Shown here one piece after another: positions 1 to 12,587 of a stretch of DNA of 64,000 nt. The stretch is from Psammoneis japonica (Eukaryota). The first letter of the stretch is position 1. The number at the start of each line of letters is the position of its first letter. The notes under the pieces were generated by a model. That model ran no database searches. It saw only the letters and a program-made list of their open reading frames with translations, and was not told the origin of the DNA. Both the position numbers and the translations under genes were made by a program. Location of the stretch: contig QPGO01000017.1 of NCBI GenBank assembly GCA_008632985.1, positions 558,001-622,000 of the forward strand, given 5' to 3'.

Positions 1-808
1 CGCCGCGTCTGATATGCTTGAGGAGTTATCGGAGTACTGCCCAAAACTTACCTTTCAACAGGTGAGTGTTTTAAAAAGGTAATGGCTACTGTTACAGTCG
101 GATCCTTTTTCATCGGATGATTGATGTCTTGCGCTCTATTGCTCACTTCTTCGTTCATATTTGGTGAAAAGAGACTGATTGGGTTCGCTTCGTGCTTTGG
201 ATTGGGATGTATGTATTCGTTTGCTTTCAACCTGCTCGTTTTTCTGATTATAGCGTTCCTCATCCTTTCTTTCGTTATTGTTGCTGTTGTTGTCCCTCGT
301 GTTCTGTACAAACAGATTTAATAACATTCACGTCCTTTAGCTTCTTCATTGAGCTGGTCGAGGGGGATCCCATTCCGTTTGTTAGCGTATACACCATGGG
401 GAATGTGTTGGCGCTGCTTTCTTCCATGTTCCTTGTCGGGCCAAAGCGACAATTCAAGTACGTTCAATTGATGCGGAATAACTGCAGAACTCGTTTGCAT
501 TCTTTTCTTGAGTTGGAGCTCACGTTTCTTTTGATGCAATGCACAGAAACATGTTTGACAAAAAGAGAAAGTGGACTTCTGTGATTTATCTGTCGTGTCT
601 TTTTGTCACTCTGGTTGTCATTTTCATTCCACTGCCAACGGGGCTAAAGTTGTTTCTCATGCTAGTCTTGCTCATTGCACAATTCTGCGCAAGCGTGTGG
701 TACTCTCTGTCATATATCCCCTATGGTCGACGGACAGCTGCATCATGCCTCAAGAAAGCTGTGGGACTCGATGGATATGATAATGTCAGTAATAACGAGG
801 TGGTTTGA
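1..808 (+). CDS. SFT2: SFT2/Got1-family vesicle transport membrane protein, 5'-partial; exons <1-61, 172-208, 316-457, 547-808
   Basis: Spliced translation ...EYCPKLTFQQ/RLIGFASCFGLG/YLITFTSFSFF...YTMGNVLALLSSMFLVGPKRQFK/NMFDKKRKWTSVIYL...WYSLSYIPYGR matches SFT2-family motifs; all three introns are GT-AG. Confidence 0.88.
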
Positions 809-1180
809 TTCATTGATCGCACGCTCCTAAACGTCGTCTGCTGACTCTACCTGTGCCTGGTTTGGAGTGAGTTCCGCCCGGCAAAAGTATCTTGCAACGA
901 CGGCTTGATGTTTGAGGTGAATACATCTTGGCCCTTGTCTTCCATTGTAGTCTATCGTTTATCCATAGCGATGACAAAGCAAAGTCGCCAAGGAGCGGAC
1001 TAAAAATGAGCGGATGCATGACGGACAATGAACTCAGGTGCGCGCAGCTAGCTAGGTGACAGTTTTCGCGCGATAAAAATCCCGGAATCTGGATTTGCGG
1101 ATCCCAGATCCCAGATCTTTTCGTCGTCAGACGCAATCACAATGATGTTCTGACACCTGACACGTTGTCGTGGACGAGGG

Positions 1181-2573
1181 ATGCACATACTCTTCATGGT
1201 ATCAGCTGCTCCGCTGCCCTCGTTTATGAGATTCGGACTGCTGCTTTTCAGTTTTCTGGTATTTGGAACGAACGATACAATGGCTTTCCGCCTCCCAAAC
1301 AGCTTTACGACGTTTGCTCGTTTCGCCACGAAAAAGACCAAGTACTTGGCCACGAGAACGCCCAGAATAGCTGGTACAGGTATGTACTCGGAATTTCCAC
1401 CTCGAGATACGAGAAATACAAATCTTTTAACGAGGCATGCGTCGGGTGACAAGCATAATGAGGTTCATGGCGTACAACGAAACGAAGAAACGAGCGACGC
1501 CTTAGAAGCGCCTGTGTCGAGAGCCGGGTTCTTTGGCAATCTCATTCCCGTTGCCATGGCGCCTTTGGGTGTCGTCTTTGGAGTTGTTGCGCTAGGCTTG
1601 GGCCTACTTTATGCGAAACAAGATAATTTGTTGTACATACCTGGTGAGTGCTGCGGGCCAAGGTGCAAAAAAGAACGAGCCGAGATCTTGGTCTCATCAT
1701 GTTGTCTCCCTGCGATCGATTACATACGTTCTTCAATGTACGGTACTATTGTTTTCAACAGAAATCGGAGGCCTTACTCGAGACAATAACAATAACCCCC
1801 CAGGATATCGAAGCCCTGCCGAATACAAGTCTTTACGATTTGAGACTCATTACATCGAATCCAAAGATGGTGTTTCGATTCACTCTTGGTTGTTGTTGCA
1901 ACCAAGAAAGGCGCCAACCATTATTTTCTTTCACGGAAACGCCGGAAATATTGGAATTCGAATCCCGAACGCCGTTGAAATGTACGAGAACCTGGGTGCC
2001 AATGTATGCTTGGTCGAATACCGCGGATACGGTGAATCTAAACCGCCTTGGATAAAGCCGTCAGAGGCGGGCATCAAGGAAGATTCAAAAGTTGTCCTAC
2101 GCTTCATTATGGATCATCCGCATATAGATCCTGAACAGATATTTATATTTGGACAGTCACTTGGTGGGGCGGTAGGGTTTCAATTGGCTAAGTTTGCTCA
2201 AGATCAAAAGATTCATATTGCTGGCCTCATTGTTGAAAACACGTTCGTGTCTATTCGACGCATGGTAGACATCCTCCTACCTTTGATATCTCCTCTTTGT
2301 GGACTGTTGTTGAAAATGGATTGGGACAGTGGAAAGATTGCCGCTGCATTGAAGGTTCCGATTCTCTATCTTGCTGCCGAGGCAGACGAGATTGTCCCAC
2401 ACTCTCAAATGCTAGAGTTGTACGCACGCAGTCAAACATGTAGTGTGTGTGCAAGAATGCATGTAGTCAAGGGTGGAACTCACAATGAAAGCTGGATGCA
2501 AGGAGGCGCATTATATTGGGCGAGTATCAGAAGTTTCTTGAAGGAAGCAGTTGTGGAAAATTCAAGAACGTAG
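1181..2573 (+). CDS. ABHD13/Bem46-like alpha/beta hydrolase; intron ~1644-1761; start codon uncertain
   Basis: QDNLLYIP, FFHGNAGNIG, YRGYGES, GQSLGG nucleophile elbow, ENTF, DEIVP and GTHNE motifs; TM segment before the catalytic domain. Confidence 0.88.
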
Positions 2574-3201
2574 GTGGGTGCGCCCCAACAGCATGGGCCA
2601 AGATGGATTTGCAATGACATGGAACTGCCCGGTACGATCTTGACTATTACCATTCCTTGGATTTCAGGAATGCCTTGTTCATAATGAAAAGCAGGGGAAC
2701 CGTGTGCTTTGAATCAATCTAGACAAACGTGAAACGAGCTCTACACGAAGACTGATGGAGGAGTTTCATTCAACGGCCACGAACATGATGCCTGGGTTGG
2801 CAAGCCCTTTCATCCCGCTGACCAGCGTGTAGTTCCTGAGTCGTGGGCTTAAAATCGCTCCCAGATGTGTCGTAGGTCTAAGCTGAATCCACAGGATGAA
2901 CGAGACGGCGACGCGGAGAGTTGAATGTGGTTTGGTACCGGTATGAGATAAATACTTCTAATAGAGCGGACGTAGTCTCTACTAGCTAGAAGTGTACCGT
3001 CTGGTCCGTCCTAGACTCACGAGCAGAGTGCGGCTGGTCTCGTTGCTCGATGTGTGCATGTCCTTGTCAGCTCGCTTGGCGGTTTGTTTGGGTGCGAAAT
3101 GGAACATACCGGTATGCCCTACCGGTACTGTACCTATAATACAGTGTATGGTTTAGGTGTTATTATTCTGTATTTTGAAAACGCAACACGCTCCACCGAC
3201 C

Positions 3202-4405
3202 ATGACGGCGGCGTCACACAAACTGTGTCACTTACCACTTGAACCATCCGTAGTGGCAGCCTTCAATAGACGGGGTATCGTGTCAACGTCTGAGATTCAC
3301 GAGTTGGGTGACGCGACGAATCTAGCAACCGAGTTGAAATGTTCTCCCCGCCACGCACAAGAGTTGCTTCAACAAGTGGATGCGGCACTGTCAGAGGTGC
3401 AGGGTGGCGACAACATGGTAACTGCCTCGTCGCTCTTGAGTCGACTCAAAAAGAAGGAATTCTCGAAGAGGAACATCATTACTTTTTGCAAATCTATTGA
3501 TATCCTCTTGGGAGGAGGGATTGCGCTGGGGCAAGTTACAGAACTTGTGGGGCTTCCTGGGGTGGGCAAGACACAATTCGCCATGCAGCTTTGTGTCGAT
3601 ACTCGGCTTCCAAGACAACAAGGTGGAGTGCAGGGTGAAGTTGTGTACATTGACGCCGAAGGTAGTTTTAGCGCCGAACGGTGTCACGTCATGGCTGAGG
3701 TGAGAAAAATAGAAGTAGTATCGTGGAGTCTCGACACTTTACGAAGAAACTACCGCTTATACTTCTCTTTGACTGATACAGGCATTGACGTCTCATGTAC
3801 GAAATAAAACGCGACAGAGATCTTCAGTGCCTTCGTGGTTCCAGACGGAGGCTATTCTGAACGGAATTCATGTCTTTCGGGTATTCAATCAAGACGCTCA
3901 AACGGCTACAATCAAGTCACTCGAAGCTTTTCTACAGAATCGTGCTGACCGGAAATGCCCGGTTCGATTGATTGTCATTGACTCTATCGCTTTTCACTAT
4001 CGGGGTTCTCATGATGACTACATGGCGAGGACGAGATCACTTACAAGCATTGCCGGATTCTTGACTCGATTGGCAGTGAAGTTTGATGTCGCGATTGTCA
4101 CTGTCAATCAAATGACTACCAAGGTGGACTCTACTTCAAGTAGTACCAACAGCTCAAGAGTAGTTCCTGCCTTGGGGGCATCCTGGGCGCACAATTGTAC
4201 CAATCGAATCATGCTTTCTCGGGTTGACGGAGAGCCATCGACTAGTAGTACCCGCCAATGTCATCTTCTCAACTCGCCCTACAAACCCATTGGAAATGCT
4301 TACTGCACGGTGGGAGAATTCGGCATTCGTGACATTCGACAAAAGCCTGCGTTACTGGCTCGTCACACGGACTCTGCGGCAAAGCGGCCACGGACACAAT
4401 ACTAG
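3202..4405 (+). CDS. RAD51C: DNA repair protein RAD51 paralog C; intron 3700-3781
   Basis: IITFCKSIDILLGGGI, Walker A GLPGVGKTQ, YIDAEGSF, Walker B LIVIDSIAFHYR, NQMTTK, PALGASWAH. Confidence 0.9.
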
Positions 4406-4839
4406 AGACAAGATTATCAAAGCTACGTACCAAAACGGTCTTTTACTTTTAGTACCGACAGCCGTAGATTCTCATTTGTATGTGTTGTGCAGCATTCCTA
4501 CCTGGTAGTGTACTTTCTTGGAGAAGAAAAGAAAATTATCTAAGCTAGACTAGCACTCCCTCGTTGGCCGTAGCCGGCTTCTCCCCTCGACGTGTGGGGC
4601 GCCTATTCATCTTTAGTTTATCGTTTGACCAAAAACTCGGATTGCGAGCTTCTTCTCGGCCCTTTGGCGGTCAGGCTGTGCAAGGTTGCTCCATTATCCA
4701 CGCTGCTTGAAAGTCCCTTCATCCACCCTCTCTGCTCTTGAGTCCCCATCCATTGCACTTAGCTCTTGATTGCTTGGCAGTCCCCCAGGTTTCGTTGATT
4801 CTGGCATTTCGAGTTTCTAAATCCGTAGTTGTTTTGAAT

Positions 4840-5140
4840 GTAGGTACGTGTTGGCTATGCGTATGTTCTGAACTGCAGGCGCCACGAAAATTCTGGTTCG
4901 AATATCGCTGCTCACCCGACTTACCGTTCACGCACGTAACAGTCAGTGCCTGTTGGTCATTCGAGGACACGGTATCAACAAATCGCGCCAACGATAACGT
5001 CAATTCTTTCTACATCTCCACAAGCTGAACCATCCATAGTGTCTGAAAGCAGGTGCGTGTGTTGTGCATATCAATATATCCAAACTGCGGGCGCCACGAG
5101 ATTCTTCGACTAAATATCGCTGCTCACCCGAATCTTACCG
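4840..5140. repeat. Imperfect ~90 bp direct repeat, two copies (~4840-4926 and ~5050-5140)
   Basis: Both copies share aactgc(a/g)ggcgccacga..attct...aatatcgctgctcacccga..ttaccg. Confidence 0.7.
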
Positions 5141-5310
5141 ATCGCGACTTATGAAAGCAATAACACGACCATGTTCATACATACAAATGGAAGCAACTTG
5201 GGCAGTAAACAAAAACTCGAAGACAATCTTCTGGAACCAGTAAAGTAATCAAGAGCCAGTGTAATTCCGCGCCTAGTCTTCTTCGTCTTCCTGCCTGTTC
5301 ATTCACCGTT

Positions 5311-5565
5311 TGCTTGACTTCGCTTGTTATCTCCCTCTCGATCTTCGGCTCTCTCGATCTCCAACCGTCTCGAACGATCTCAAAGCTCACCCTCTATCCA
5401 CCAACTTCAAATCAACAATGGAAGCAATCGCTCTCCATCTTCGCTCTCTCTGTCATTTGCCCATTCGCTTGGCTTCTTCCTCGATCTTCGGCTCTCGATC
5501 TCTGTCTCAAACGATCTCGAAGCTCAACTCTTCACCAACCTCAAATCAACAATGGGCACAATCGT
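5311..5565. repeat. Imperfect tandem duplication, ~150 bp period
   Basis: ctcgatcttcggctctc...aacgatctc.aagctca...caccaac.tcaaatcaacaatgg occurs twice. Confidence 0.75.
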
Positions 5566-6596
5566 ACCGGATTTTCATTCCCATATTCTTCTCCTGTCAT
5601 TCCTTTTGAATAGAAGAAAATAGAAAACAGCCGTGTGAGTGAGAGCAGAGAGGATGAATCGAGAACGAGTCAATAAAGTCTGAAACACCGCAGAACCTTC
5701 ACTAAAAGGCCGCCCTCGAGCGCCGTCCGCGGTCCTTTACTAGAGAATAGGCATTCATCATGCTTTAACTTCTTGGTCTGCTCTCGTAGATTGCTCGTAG
5801 ATGAGCAGTCCGTCAGTCCCGTGTCACTTGTGTACAGTCGTTCAATCAACGCAAGCGTAATGAACGTGTTTGCTGGCACTGACAGAATGGAATGGCCCAT
5901 CGTAACCACATACGGCATTTCCTGGTATTCTTCCTTTCATTTCGACTCGACTTATATTGATACACTCAACCAAACACACAGAGGAAAGGCTCCCCAGAAC
6001 CAAATCCCCGTCAAGTCTTTCAATCAACGACAGCGTAACCATTGCCACGAGAACTCGAGATAACTCACCCTTGCGGAGCAACCTTGGTTATCGACGAACC
6101 GACGTGGTCAATCTAGAGGCACTGAACGAGTTGTTTGCCTTGTGAACGCGTGAGCGTAGTTCATTCTGTTGTGACCGCCATTTTGAAACCGCCGACGCAA
6201 AACTCGGGAAATTGTGGGCTGTCGTTGCAACGAATTTATAATGTATATGTCCCCTAATGTTACACATAATTGATATGCGAACCTTACGACGTCATAGTAT
6301 TTATTATATTCAGACATTATAACGTTTTTAAAAATAATCGCCACACTGAACACTGACCACCATGGCGTCGATCGTTTGCTCTCTTGCTTTCCCATTTCTG
6401 ATCTCGTCCCCCCTTCTACACTTTCCACGTCGATTTCTGTGAAGTAGTTTCTGTTTGATTTTGACCGAGCGGAACGAATGCAGGATCTCCGGGCACGCTT
6501 CCTTTTCCTCGTTGTCCCCAATCTTTTGAAGACTCATTCGCTTATTCTGCAAAGACAAAGCTTGCCTCTCTAAAATTTCTTTCTGATTCGCATGAT

Positions 6597-7882
6597 ATGA
6601 AGACGAAGCAAGAGATACAAAGAAAGAGAATCGTGGATGCGATCCACGGTGCTTTCGTCGCGGATGCCGCATCGCTTGGTACACATTGGTATTATGACAT
6701 GAACGAGTTGAACAGAGTCATCCCCGACATGGATGCCCCGGAGTTTAGGAATCCACCTGCACCACAATTTTATTCAAAAGAAGAATTTCCGGGGCATTAC
6801 GATTTGGGGATGCTTAGTCCTTATGGGGAACAATTGCTTTTCGTGGCGGACTATGTTGCATCGAGAAAGGAGATTGAGGGAGGGTCCATGAGTCTTGCCA
6901 TGTTGGACTGGGCGACGTCCTTTGGGGGGAGACTTGATCATGCTACCAAAATTTTTGTTGAAAACATGTCAACCGAAGATGGGAAATGGCCCAAATGCGG
7001 TGCAGACGATAATCAAGGTGAGCCGCTGCAGTAGCTAAGCATGCTTTGATCAAGCACGTCAGCATTTTTCTCACCTCACACCTCCTCTTGCATACGACTC
7101 GAAAATAGCCCACATCTACACAAAGGTTGTACCCGTAACTTGTTTGTATATGGGTAGGCCAGAACGTCGGGCCATGGTAGAAGAAGCTATCCGAGTGCAC
7201 CAAAATAATGATGAAGCGGTTGCCTTTGGCGAAGCTGCCTCCAGACTCCTCGAAGGTGTCCTGCTTGGCATGCCCATGACCAAAGTCTTGGAAGAAATTA
7301 GTGGCGATACTTCTGCTGCAGTAAAGGATGCATTCGCTACTGCATCAAACGCATCTGATAGTAATTTGACAGAGCTACTCGGAGAGGTTGGTCGTCACTG
7401 CGGACTCCCTGCGTCATTCATCGGGCCTTCCTTCCAGATTGTGACTTCCAACGTCGACTCATCTCTCAATGCCTACAGAGATGCGGTGAGAGAGAATATA
7501 CGTGCTGGTGGAGATACTTGTGGTCGGGCTATCTTCATTGGTTCCATATTTGCTGCAGCTCATGGCGGACCACCACGTTCTTGGTTAGATGAATTGAACG
7601 ACGATGTGTTGAAGCGGGTCGAGGCTGTTGCCACCGTTATCGGTGATTCTTCAATCGCCAAGTCTCACATGTACGTACGCATCTCATTTCAATTTTTTTG
7701 CTTTTGACTTTGGATGTGAAACTACATGATGTTCTCAATGATTCTTTGTCCAACGAAGACAAAAGCGTTCGGTAGATATCAGTAGTGAGATCCTGTTAGT
7801 GTGTGCTCTCGGATTGCTTTCATTCTTTTTCATACACGCTGTTGCTACTCGACGTGTTTATGGAAGACACAAAACTCGGTAA
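6597..7882 (+). CDS. ADP-ribosylglycohydrolase / crystallin J1 family protein; exons 6597-7017, 7109-7670, 7759-7882
   Basis: GAFVADAASLGTHWYYD, SPYGEQ, GADDNQA and NIRAGGDTCGRAIFIG motifs; GT-AG introns; the last exon is predicted only. Confidence 0.85.
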
Positions 7883-8199
7883 CCAAGAGACCAAGCTTGC
7901 TAGTGTTCGAAACCAATTAGTGTTCGAAACCAACTGGTGCGGATCTTGGTGCTTTCATCTCTTTTAATGAAGCACTCAAAGAGTCGCATTGCGAGTCTCC
8001 CTGTTGAGGGCGTGTTTCTGTCTTGTTGGCGCATGTGAACACCCTCCTGTCCATGGCATCTCCCTTCAGCGTAATGATTATGCTACTCTCTTGTAGGAGA
8101 GAGAAAAGCAAAGTCCAGCCTACCTACTGTACCGAACCTTTTAGAAGGGTGGGTGCCTATGAATATATAGAAATCGATTACACAGGATTATCTATAAAA

Positions 8200-8352
8200 T
8201 CGCTCTCTAGCTACTAGACTCTAGCTAGTAGAGCTAGAGTTACGACCAACGCGGAACACCGTCTACTAGTAGCTAGCTCTCTACTCTAGCTACTAGTAGC
8301 TAGTAGAGTACAGCTACTCTCTAGCTCTACTAAATCTCTAGTAGAGACTATC
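8200..8352. repeat. CTA/TAG-rich low-complexity tract upstream of NOP56
   Basis: ctagctactagactctagctagtagagctagag... A similar tract lies at ~2955-3015, upstream of RAD51C. Confidence 0.7.
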
Positions 8353-8530
8353 TCACGCATGTTGTGTCAGCGTGTCTTGCGTCTTGCTGGTGATCTTCGT
8401 ATAAAGTATTGTGTTGACACAGAACCTGATAGCGGTACAAAAAACCAACGCAGGAAGCAGCCAACAACAAAACCGATGGAGCTCTGCCCTAAAGCAACAG
8501 CAAAGTGAAGTGTTGGGTCACGTTGTCACC

Positions 8531-10184
8531 ATGGCGGACGCAAACACGCTATACACGCTTCTAGAATGTGCCGCCGGATATGCCTTATTCGAGGTAGTGG
8601 CGTTTGAAGAGATTGGAAGTCTGTTGGAAGGAAGTATGGACACTGTCACTGATCTCAAGAGGTTTGGACGGGCGGTAAAGTTGACTGCATTTCAGCCCTT
8701 TGAGAGTGCACAGGATGCTCTGGCGAACGCAAATGCTGTTTCGGAACATGCCATGAGTGGATCTCTTCATAACTTTTTGGAAATGAATCTGCCCAAGGTC
8801 AAAAAGTCGTCGAAAACTGCCCCCTTTTCGTTGGGTGTGATTGATCCGGCACTCGCTACGGCGATCTCACACGGTCTTTCTGGAGTGAGTTGTCGAAGTG
8901 ACGATACGGTGCGCGAGATTCTCAGGGGATGTCGTATGCATCTCGATACATTTGTCAAAGGATTAGAGGGGGGAGCAGCAGAAAAGGCACAGCTCGGACT
9001 GGGACATGCCTACTCTCGCTCGAAAGTAAAGTTCAACCCAGCTCGTAGCGACAATATGGTTATCCAATCCATCGCCCTTCTCGACCAGATGGATAAGGAT
9101 CTAAATACGTTCGCCATGCGCGTCAAAGAATGGTACAGTTGGCACTTTCCCGAGCTCAAGGACATTGTGAAGGACAGCTACATGTACGCTCGTTGTGCCG
9201 CGTTTATTCAAGACAAGCAAACCCTCTGCCAACACAATACCGGCGAGAGCACGGAAGAAGGAGGAGGCGATGACGAATCGGAAGCGAAAATGGCGGGACT
9301 TGTGGAAATTGTGGGAGATGAGGAGATGGCCAAGGCTATCGTGGCAGCCGCAAGAACGAGCATGGGCATGGACTGCAGCCCGGTGGATATGGTGAACATT
9401 ATCAACTTTACTCAACGCATGGTAAAGCTGGCGGAATACCGAAAGCAACTAGCCCTTTATCTGACAGAGAAAATGTCTGTTGTGGCACCTAATCTCAGTG
9501 CTCTCATTGGCGATACAGTTGCGGCCCGTCTCATTAGCAAAGTATGTTTATTCGTGTTGCTCGATTCTATTCATTGCTTCATTCTTGATGTGTTCTTACA
9601 ATTTTTTTCTCTATTGATGTTGATAGGCCGGATCATTGACTAACCTAGCCAAGGCTCCTGCATCGACGGTTCAGATCCTGGGGGCTGAAAAGGCGCTGTT
9701 TCGTGCGCTGAAAACAAAGGGGAACACTCCAAAGTATGGCCTGATTTATCACTCAACGTTTATCGGAAGAGCGGATGCCAAGAACAAGGGCCGCATCTCT
9801 CGTTATCTGGCCAACAAGTGCTCCATCGCAACCCGTATTGACTCTTTTTCGGATGAGCCAAGTCGTCTCTATGGTGAAAAGCTCCGGGATCAGGTGGAAG
9901 AACGTCTCAAATTTTACGAAACTGGAGCAGCTCCCCGTAAGAATGTTGACGTGATGGAGGAAGTGGCAAGGCAACTGGCTTCATCCAAGCCAGACAATGA
10001 CGACGAGGATATGGAAGATGTAGAGACTCCGAAACCCAAAAAGGAGAAAAAGAAAGAAAAGAGTAGTAAGAAGCGAAAGAAGGATAGCGACGATGACGAC
10101 GCAGCCAAGTCGTCCGAGAAGAAGGCGAAGAAGCACAAGAAAGAGAAGAAACAAAAGAAAGAAAAGAAAAAATCAAAATCATAG
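8531..10184 (+). CDS. NOP56: Nucleolar protein 56 (box C/D snoRNP); intron 9542-9626
   Basis: [82 protein letters not shown], Lys/Glu-rich tail. Confidence 0.96.
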
Positions 10185-10297
10185 ACAGCGCGGAGGGTCG
10201 ATAGTGATGTGCATGTATATCAGAAGATTTGTCAAAGCAGTTTAAAAGTTAGCTGAAGTCTGCATAGCAACTAGCAAGTTTTCCATCTGTCTTGGTA

Positions 10298-11569
10298 TCA
10301 AGATTGCAATGATATCTTGGCAACTACAACCGGTGCAACCAACGAGGTTTGTTCACCTCGTGCACATGCTAACATGTAGGCTTTGGGATGAAACGCAATT
10401 TCATCAGCGCCGCCTCGTCCTCGCATCATCCCACTGCCGCCCCCAGGCGAGAGATTCACATTCCCAACAAGATCACCGTTGGATGCGTCGGCCAGGTCAA
10501 TTCCGTCGTCCTCACTACTGCTTGCTAGAAGCTTGGAGTCGTGAGAAAACGAACAACTCCTGACAAATTTTGCATGTCGAATAATTGTATGAGTGCAAAC
10601 CATGGATTTCACATCCCAGAGACCAACAATTGCATCACTGCCCCCAGTTGCAAGACGCTTGCCATCCGGTGCAAACACATGCGAATAAATAGGACCAGTA
10701 TGCCCACTGTAAACGTCACTATTTTCTTCGTCAAAAGCATCGGCCTCCCACGGCCAAACTCGAATCCTTCCCATTCCACCCCCTCGTGCACTTGTCGCAG
10801 CAACCAAGTGAGTTCCGGAAGGCGAGAGCTGGCAATTCTCCACAATTTGGGGATTCAAATGAAACGAATGTATCAGAGAATTGTTGCTAATCTGCGAAGA
10901 ACCGCTCCTGGCGTTTCCTGTCATCTTGCGTGCATCATAAATGTGAACAGAGTCATCTCTCTCTGTTACAACGAGGTAAACACCTCGTTCCGTTCCAGCA
11001 CTGCATGTGCACCATTCTACCGAAGCAGGACAGGACCCGTGTCTCGGGGATGATTGAAGATCAATTCTCCCCAAAGCACGGGAAGTTGGCGTCCGAACGT
11101 CCCACAGCCGAATTGTTCGGTCTTGAGCCGTTGTGCACAGCAAAGTCGGTTCCTTTGGATGAAATCGAACGCGATCGAGAGCCGCAGCGTGACCAGAAAC
11201 GACCGTGACTTCTCGTCCCTATCGGTATCAATGCACAACTTTTTAGCATCACAGATATGAAGTATAAAGGGAGTTTGTGAATGCAAGATGTAGGCCATAC
11301 CTGACTTGATGGGCCCTCGAAGGTCCAGATCTTGGCCAGGCGATCATTTGTCGAGCCAAATGCTAGCCAGGACCCAGTGCTATTCCATGAAACGCTTCGC
11401 GACGGCTATATTCGAGAAGGTGACAACGAACGCTTAGTGATGACTTGAGAAAAGAAAACAGACGTACAGTGATGCATGAAAGGCCGGCCCTTACAGATTG
11501 CTGGCGATGCTGGCCACCACACTCATGCAGACTAACATCTCCCAATCGAAGACGCGTTCTTTGAATCAT
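10298..11569 (-). CDS. THOC3: WD40-repeat protein, THO complex subunit 3 (Tex1)-like; 3 exons (~11569-11495, ~11405-11301, ~11218-10298)
   Basis: Spliced N-terminus PSRSVSWNSTGSWLAFGS.../GREVTVVSGHAAALDRVRFHP; DRTIRLWD; LATGGSDAIVGLWDVKSMVCTHTI; SFSHDSKLLASSSED; IAFHPKAYMLACA. Confidence 0.8.
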
Positions 11570-12053
11570 TCTCGCACAGTTAGAAAGGATTCTTTCTTTA
11601 CATTTACTGTAGAAGGAAACAAATAAGATGAATCCGATGCAGTGTTAGCGGGCGCTCAAAGATCCACTCTATTGTTACGGCACCGGTAATTTGAAATTAG
11701 CGTTGGAGGGATGCCTTTCTTACAGTGTTTATGGATTTGGCCAACACTGTACAGTAAGGTTACTGGACGCTGGATGGAGGATGGACGCGTCGGAGTAGGT
11801 CGGAGGGAAAATCGCGATCTTTTCCTCCGTACAAATTCTCAGTAGATTTCTACGCGAATCATGACGAACCGAAAACCGTTCGCGTCGTGCAGTCGTCACT
11901 CATTTTCAATTTGCCTGTTGCAAGGTGTAATTGCGTCTTGAGTGATAAAGCGTATGTATGCATGTCGCAGGGGGGCTGATGTCTGTGGTGCGGGACATCG
12001 GAGCCGGCAATCCCGCAAGCTGTCTTTAAAACAAGATCGAAAAGTAAAGTTAA

Positions 12054-12587
12054 ATGGAGGAGACCAAAAGCAAGAAAGTGGAGGATGTTGATGACGAACG
12101 TGATTCCTTGAGAATTTCTTCATTTTCGTTGCCTCGGACAAAGGCGCAAATTAGCTATCACTCCCTACACTTGGAGGACACCATGTCCGTCGTCGAAGAT
12201 CAAGTTGGCGGTATTAATGAAGAAGAACAGTTTGAATGGAGCCCACTTTTAGTCTGTCAGGCAATTGCCGTATTTTGCCTTGCTGGGGTTGCAGAGATCA
12301 TGGGCGGGTGGATGATTTGGGTTGCGGTGCGGGGAAACTCCAATGGCAAGAAACCCTGGTGGTATGCTCTGGTTGGATCACTGGTGCTAATCGCATACGG
12401 ATTCATCCCAACGCTACAGCCCACCGATACTTTTGGTCGCGTCTACGCGGTCTATGGCGGGTTCTTTATTGTCTTATCTTTTATATTTGGCTGGCTCCTT
12501 GACGGCGATCCTCCTGATGCAGGAGATGCAGTAGGAGGCGCCATATCTCTTGCGGGTGTTTTGGTCATCTTGTTTTGGCCAAGATAG
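12054..12587 (+). CDS. YnfA/UPF0060 small multidrug-resistance-like membrane protein, intronless; start may be 12183
   Basis: LAGVAEIMGGWMIW, YGFIPTLQP, FGRVYAVYGGFFI, DGDPPDAGD and terminal PR match the UPF0060 pattern. Confidence 0.85.
   Translation: MEETKSKKVEDVDDERDSLRISSFSLPRTKAQISYHSLHLEDTMSVVEDQVGGINEEEQFEWSPLLVCQAIAVFCLAGVAEIMGGWMIWVAVRGNSNGKKPWWYALVGSLVLIAYGFIPTLQPTDTFGRVYAVYGGFFIVLSFIFGWLLDGDPPDAGDAVGGAISLAGVLVILFWPR

Noticed and set aside
7901..7934. 17 bp tandem duplication tagtgttcgaaaccaa(t)
   Set aside because: Only two copies in a probable 3' UTR, with no sign of function.
8411..8530. N-terminal extension of NOP56 in the ORF track
   Set aside because: It starts at a non-ATG codon; homology begins at ATG 8531 ([12 protein letters not shown]).
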